64,000 nucleotides of DNA from a bacterium (GTDB lineage: Bacteria; Electryoneota; RPQS01): assembly GCA_036504735.1 (NCBI GenBank), contig DASXUQ010000005.1, positions 153,377 through 217,376 on the forward strand. The letters run 5' to 3'. Both the position numbers and the translations under genes were made by a program. Below are positions 63,670 to 64,000 of this stretch, one piece after another. Below the pieces are notes generated by a model. That model was not told the origin of the DNA and did not search any database. It was given only the letters and a program-made list of their open reading frames with translations. Each line of letters opens with the position of its first letter. Position 1 is the first letter of the stretch.

Positions 63670-64000
63670 TACTTTACCACCGCGATTTTGATTTGGGATT
63701 CCTGACTGCCACCGTTACCGTGCACGATTACGCGGCCAATGTAGACGCCGCTTTCCACGCCGGAAACATTCCACGGGACTTCAAAGGCCAAGGGACCGGG
63801 CGCGGAGGATCCGCCATGCAGCTCCGCCACCTTGCGTCCGGCAAGATCGAAGATGCGGACGTCCGCGTCGGCGGCATAGGGCAACGTAATACGGATGCGG
63901 CTGACGTCCGACGTAGGATTCGGCCAGCAATAGACCCATTCGGCGCGGCTGTTCACCTGCGGCCGAAGCTGGCCCACATTGATGATGGACACATCGTCCG
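63669..64000 (-). CDS. C-terminal end of a T9SS (Por secretion) C-terminal-sorting-domain protein; N-terminus beyond window
   Basis: The last roughly 80 aa (VRIFDLAGRKVAELHGG...GVYIGRVIVHGNGGSQESQIKIAVVK) match the T9SS type-A CTD pattern. Confidence 0.55.
   Translation of the reverse strand, partial: DDVSIINVGQLRPQVNSRAEWVYCWPNPTSDVSRIRITLPYAADADVRIFDLAGRKVAELHGGSSAPGPLAFEVPWNVSGVESGVYIGRVIVHGNGGSQESQIKIAVVK

Overview
Chromosomal, gene-dense, high-GC (about 60-65%) window from a bacterium that most likely belongs to the FCB group. The lineage call is an inference from a T9SS-type C-terminal sorting domain at 63669..64000, two tandem DUF5683-like proteins, and PEGA, TolB-like and lipoprotein content. 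No transposase, integrase or CRISPR array was seen. Gene content in window order:
(1) A minus-strand cluster with selenocysteine machinery at both ends. selB is truncated at the window start and selA lies at 5266..6657. Between them sit a pseudouridine synthase, a PEGA membrane protein, an SPFH/stomatin-NfeD pair and a small Cys-containing ORF translationally coupled to selB.
(2) Periplasmic thiol-redox proteins (TlpA-like, redoxin lipoprotein) and a zinc-ribbon Nudix hydrolase.
(3) The canonical yceD-rpmF-plsX-fabH-fabD-fabG-acpP-fabF-rnc operon.
(4) A lipid-related trio: an ANL acyl ligase with a variant P-loop, a serine-palmitoyltransferase-like alpha-oxoamine synthase, and a GNAT/FemAB-like acyltransferase that overlaps it. 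This is a candidate sphingolipid/sulfonolipid-type aminolipid module.
(5) tRNA-Arg(CCG) beside a roughly 650 bp lower-GC island with no convincing ORF.
(6) A long minus-strand housekeeping run: purL, uvrC, methylmalonyl-CoA epimerase, exonuclease-DinG, gcvH/PA/PB, accBC, efp, ligA.
(7) A tightly coupled plus-strand operon of three paralogous membrane GT2 glycosyltransferases, a flippase-like UPF0104 protein and a NodB-type deacetylase (nodBC/pga-ica-like).
(8) A poly-gamma-glutamate synthase operon (pgsB-pgsC-PGA system protein) followed by a secreted tandem-repeat protein and an outer-membrane beta-barrel.
(9) RodZ-like, Maf, deoxynucleoside kinase and an SDR, then two tandem DUF5683-like paralogs, a 1033-aa protein (HExxH region + TolB-like propeller + beta-barrel-like C-terminal region), and a T9SS-CTD protein.
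All calls rest on reading the ORF translations and recalling motifs. No database search was run.
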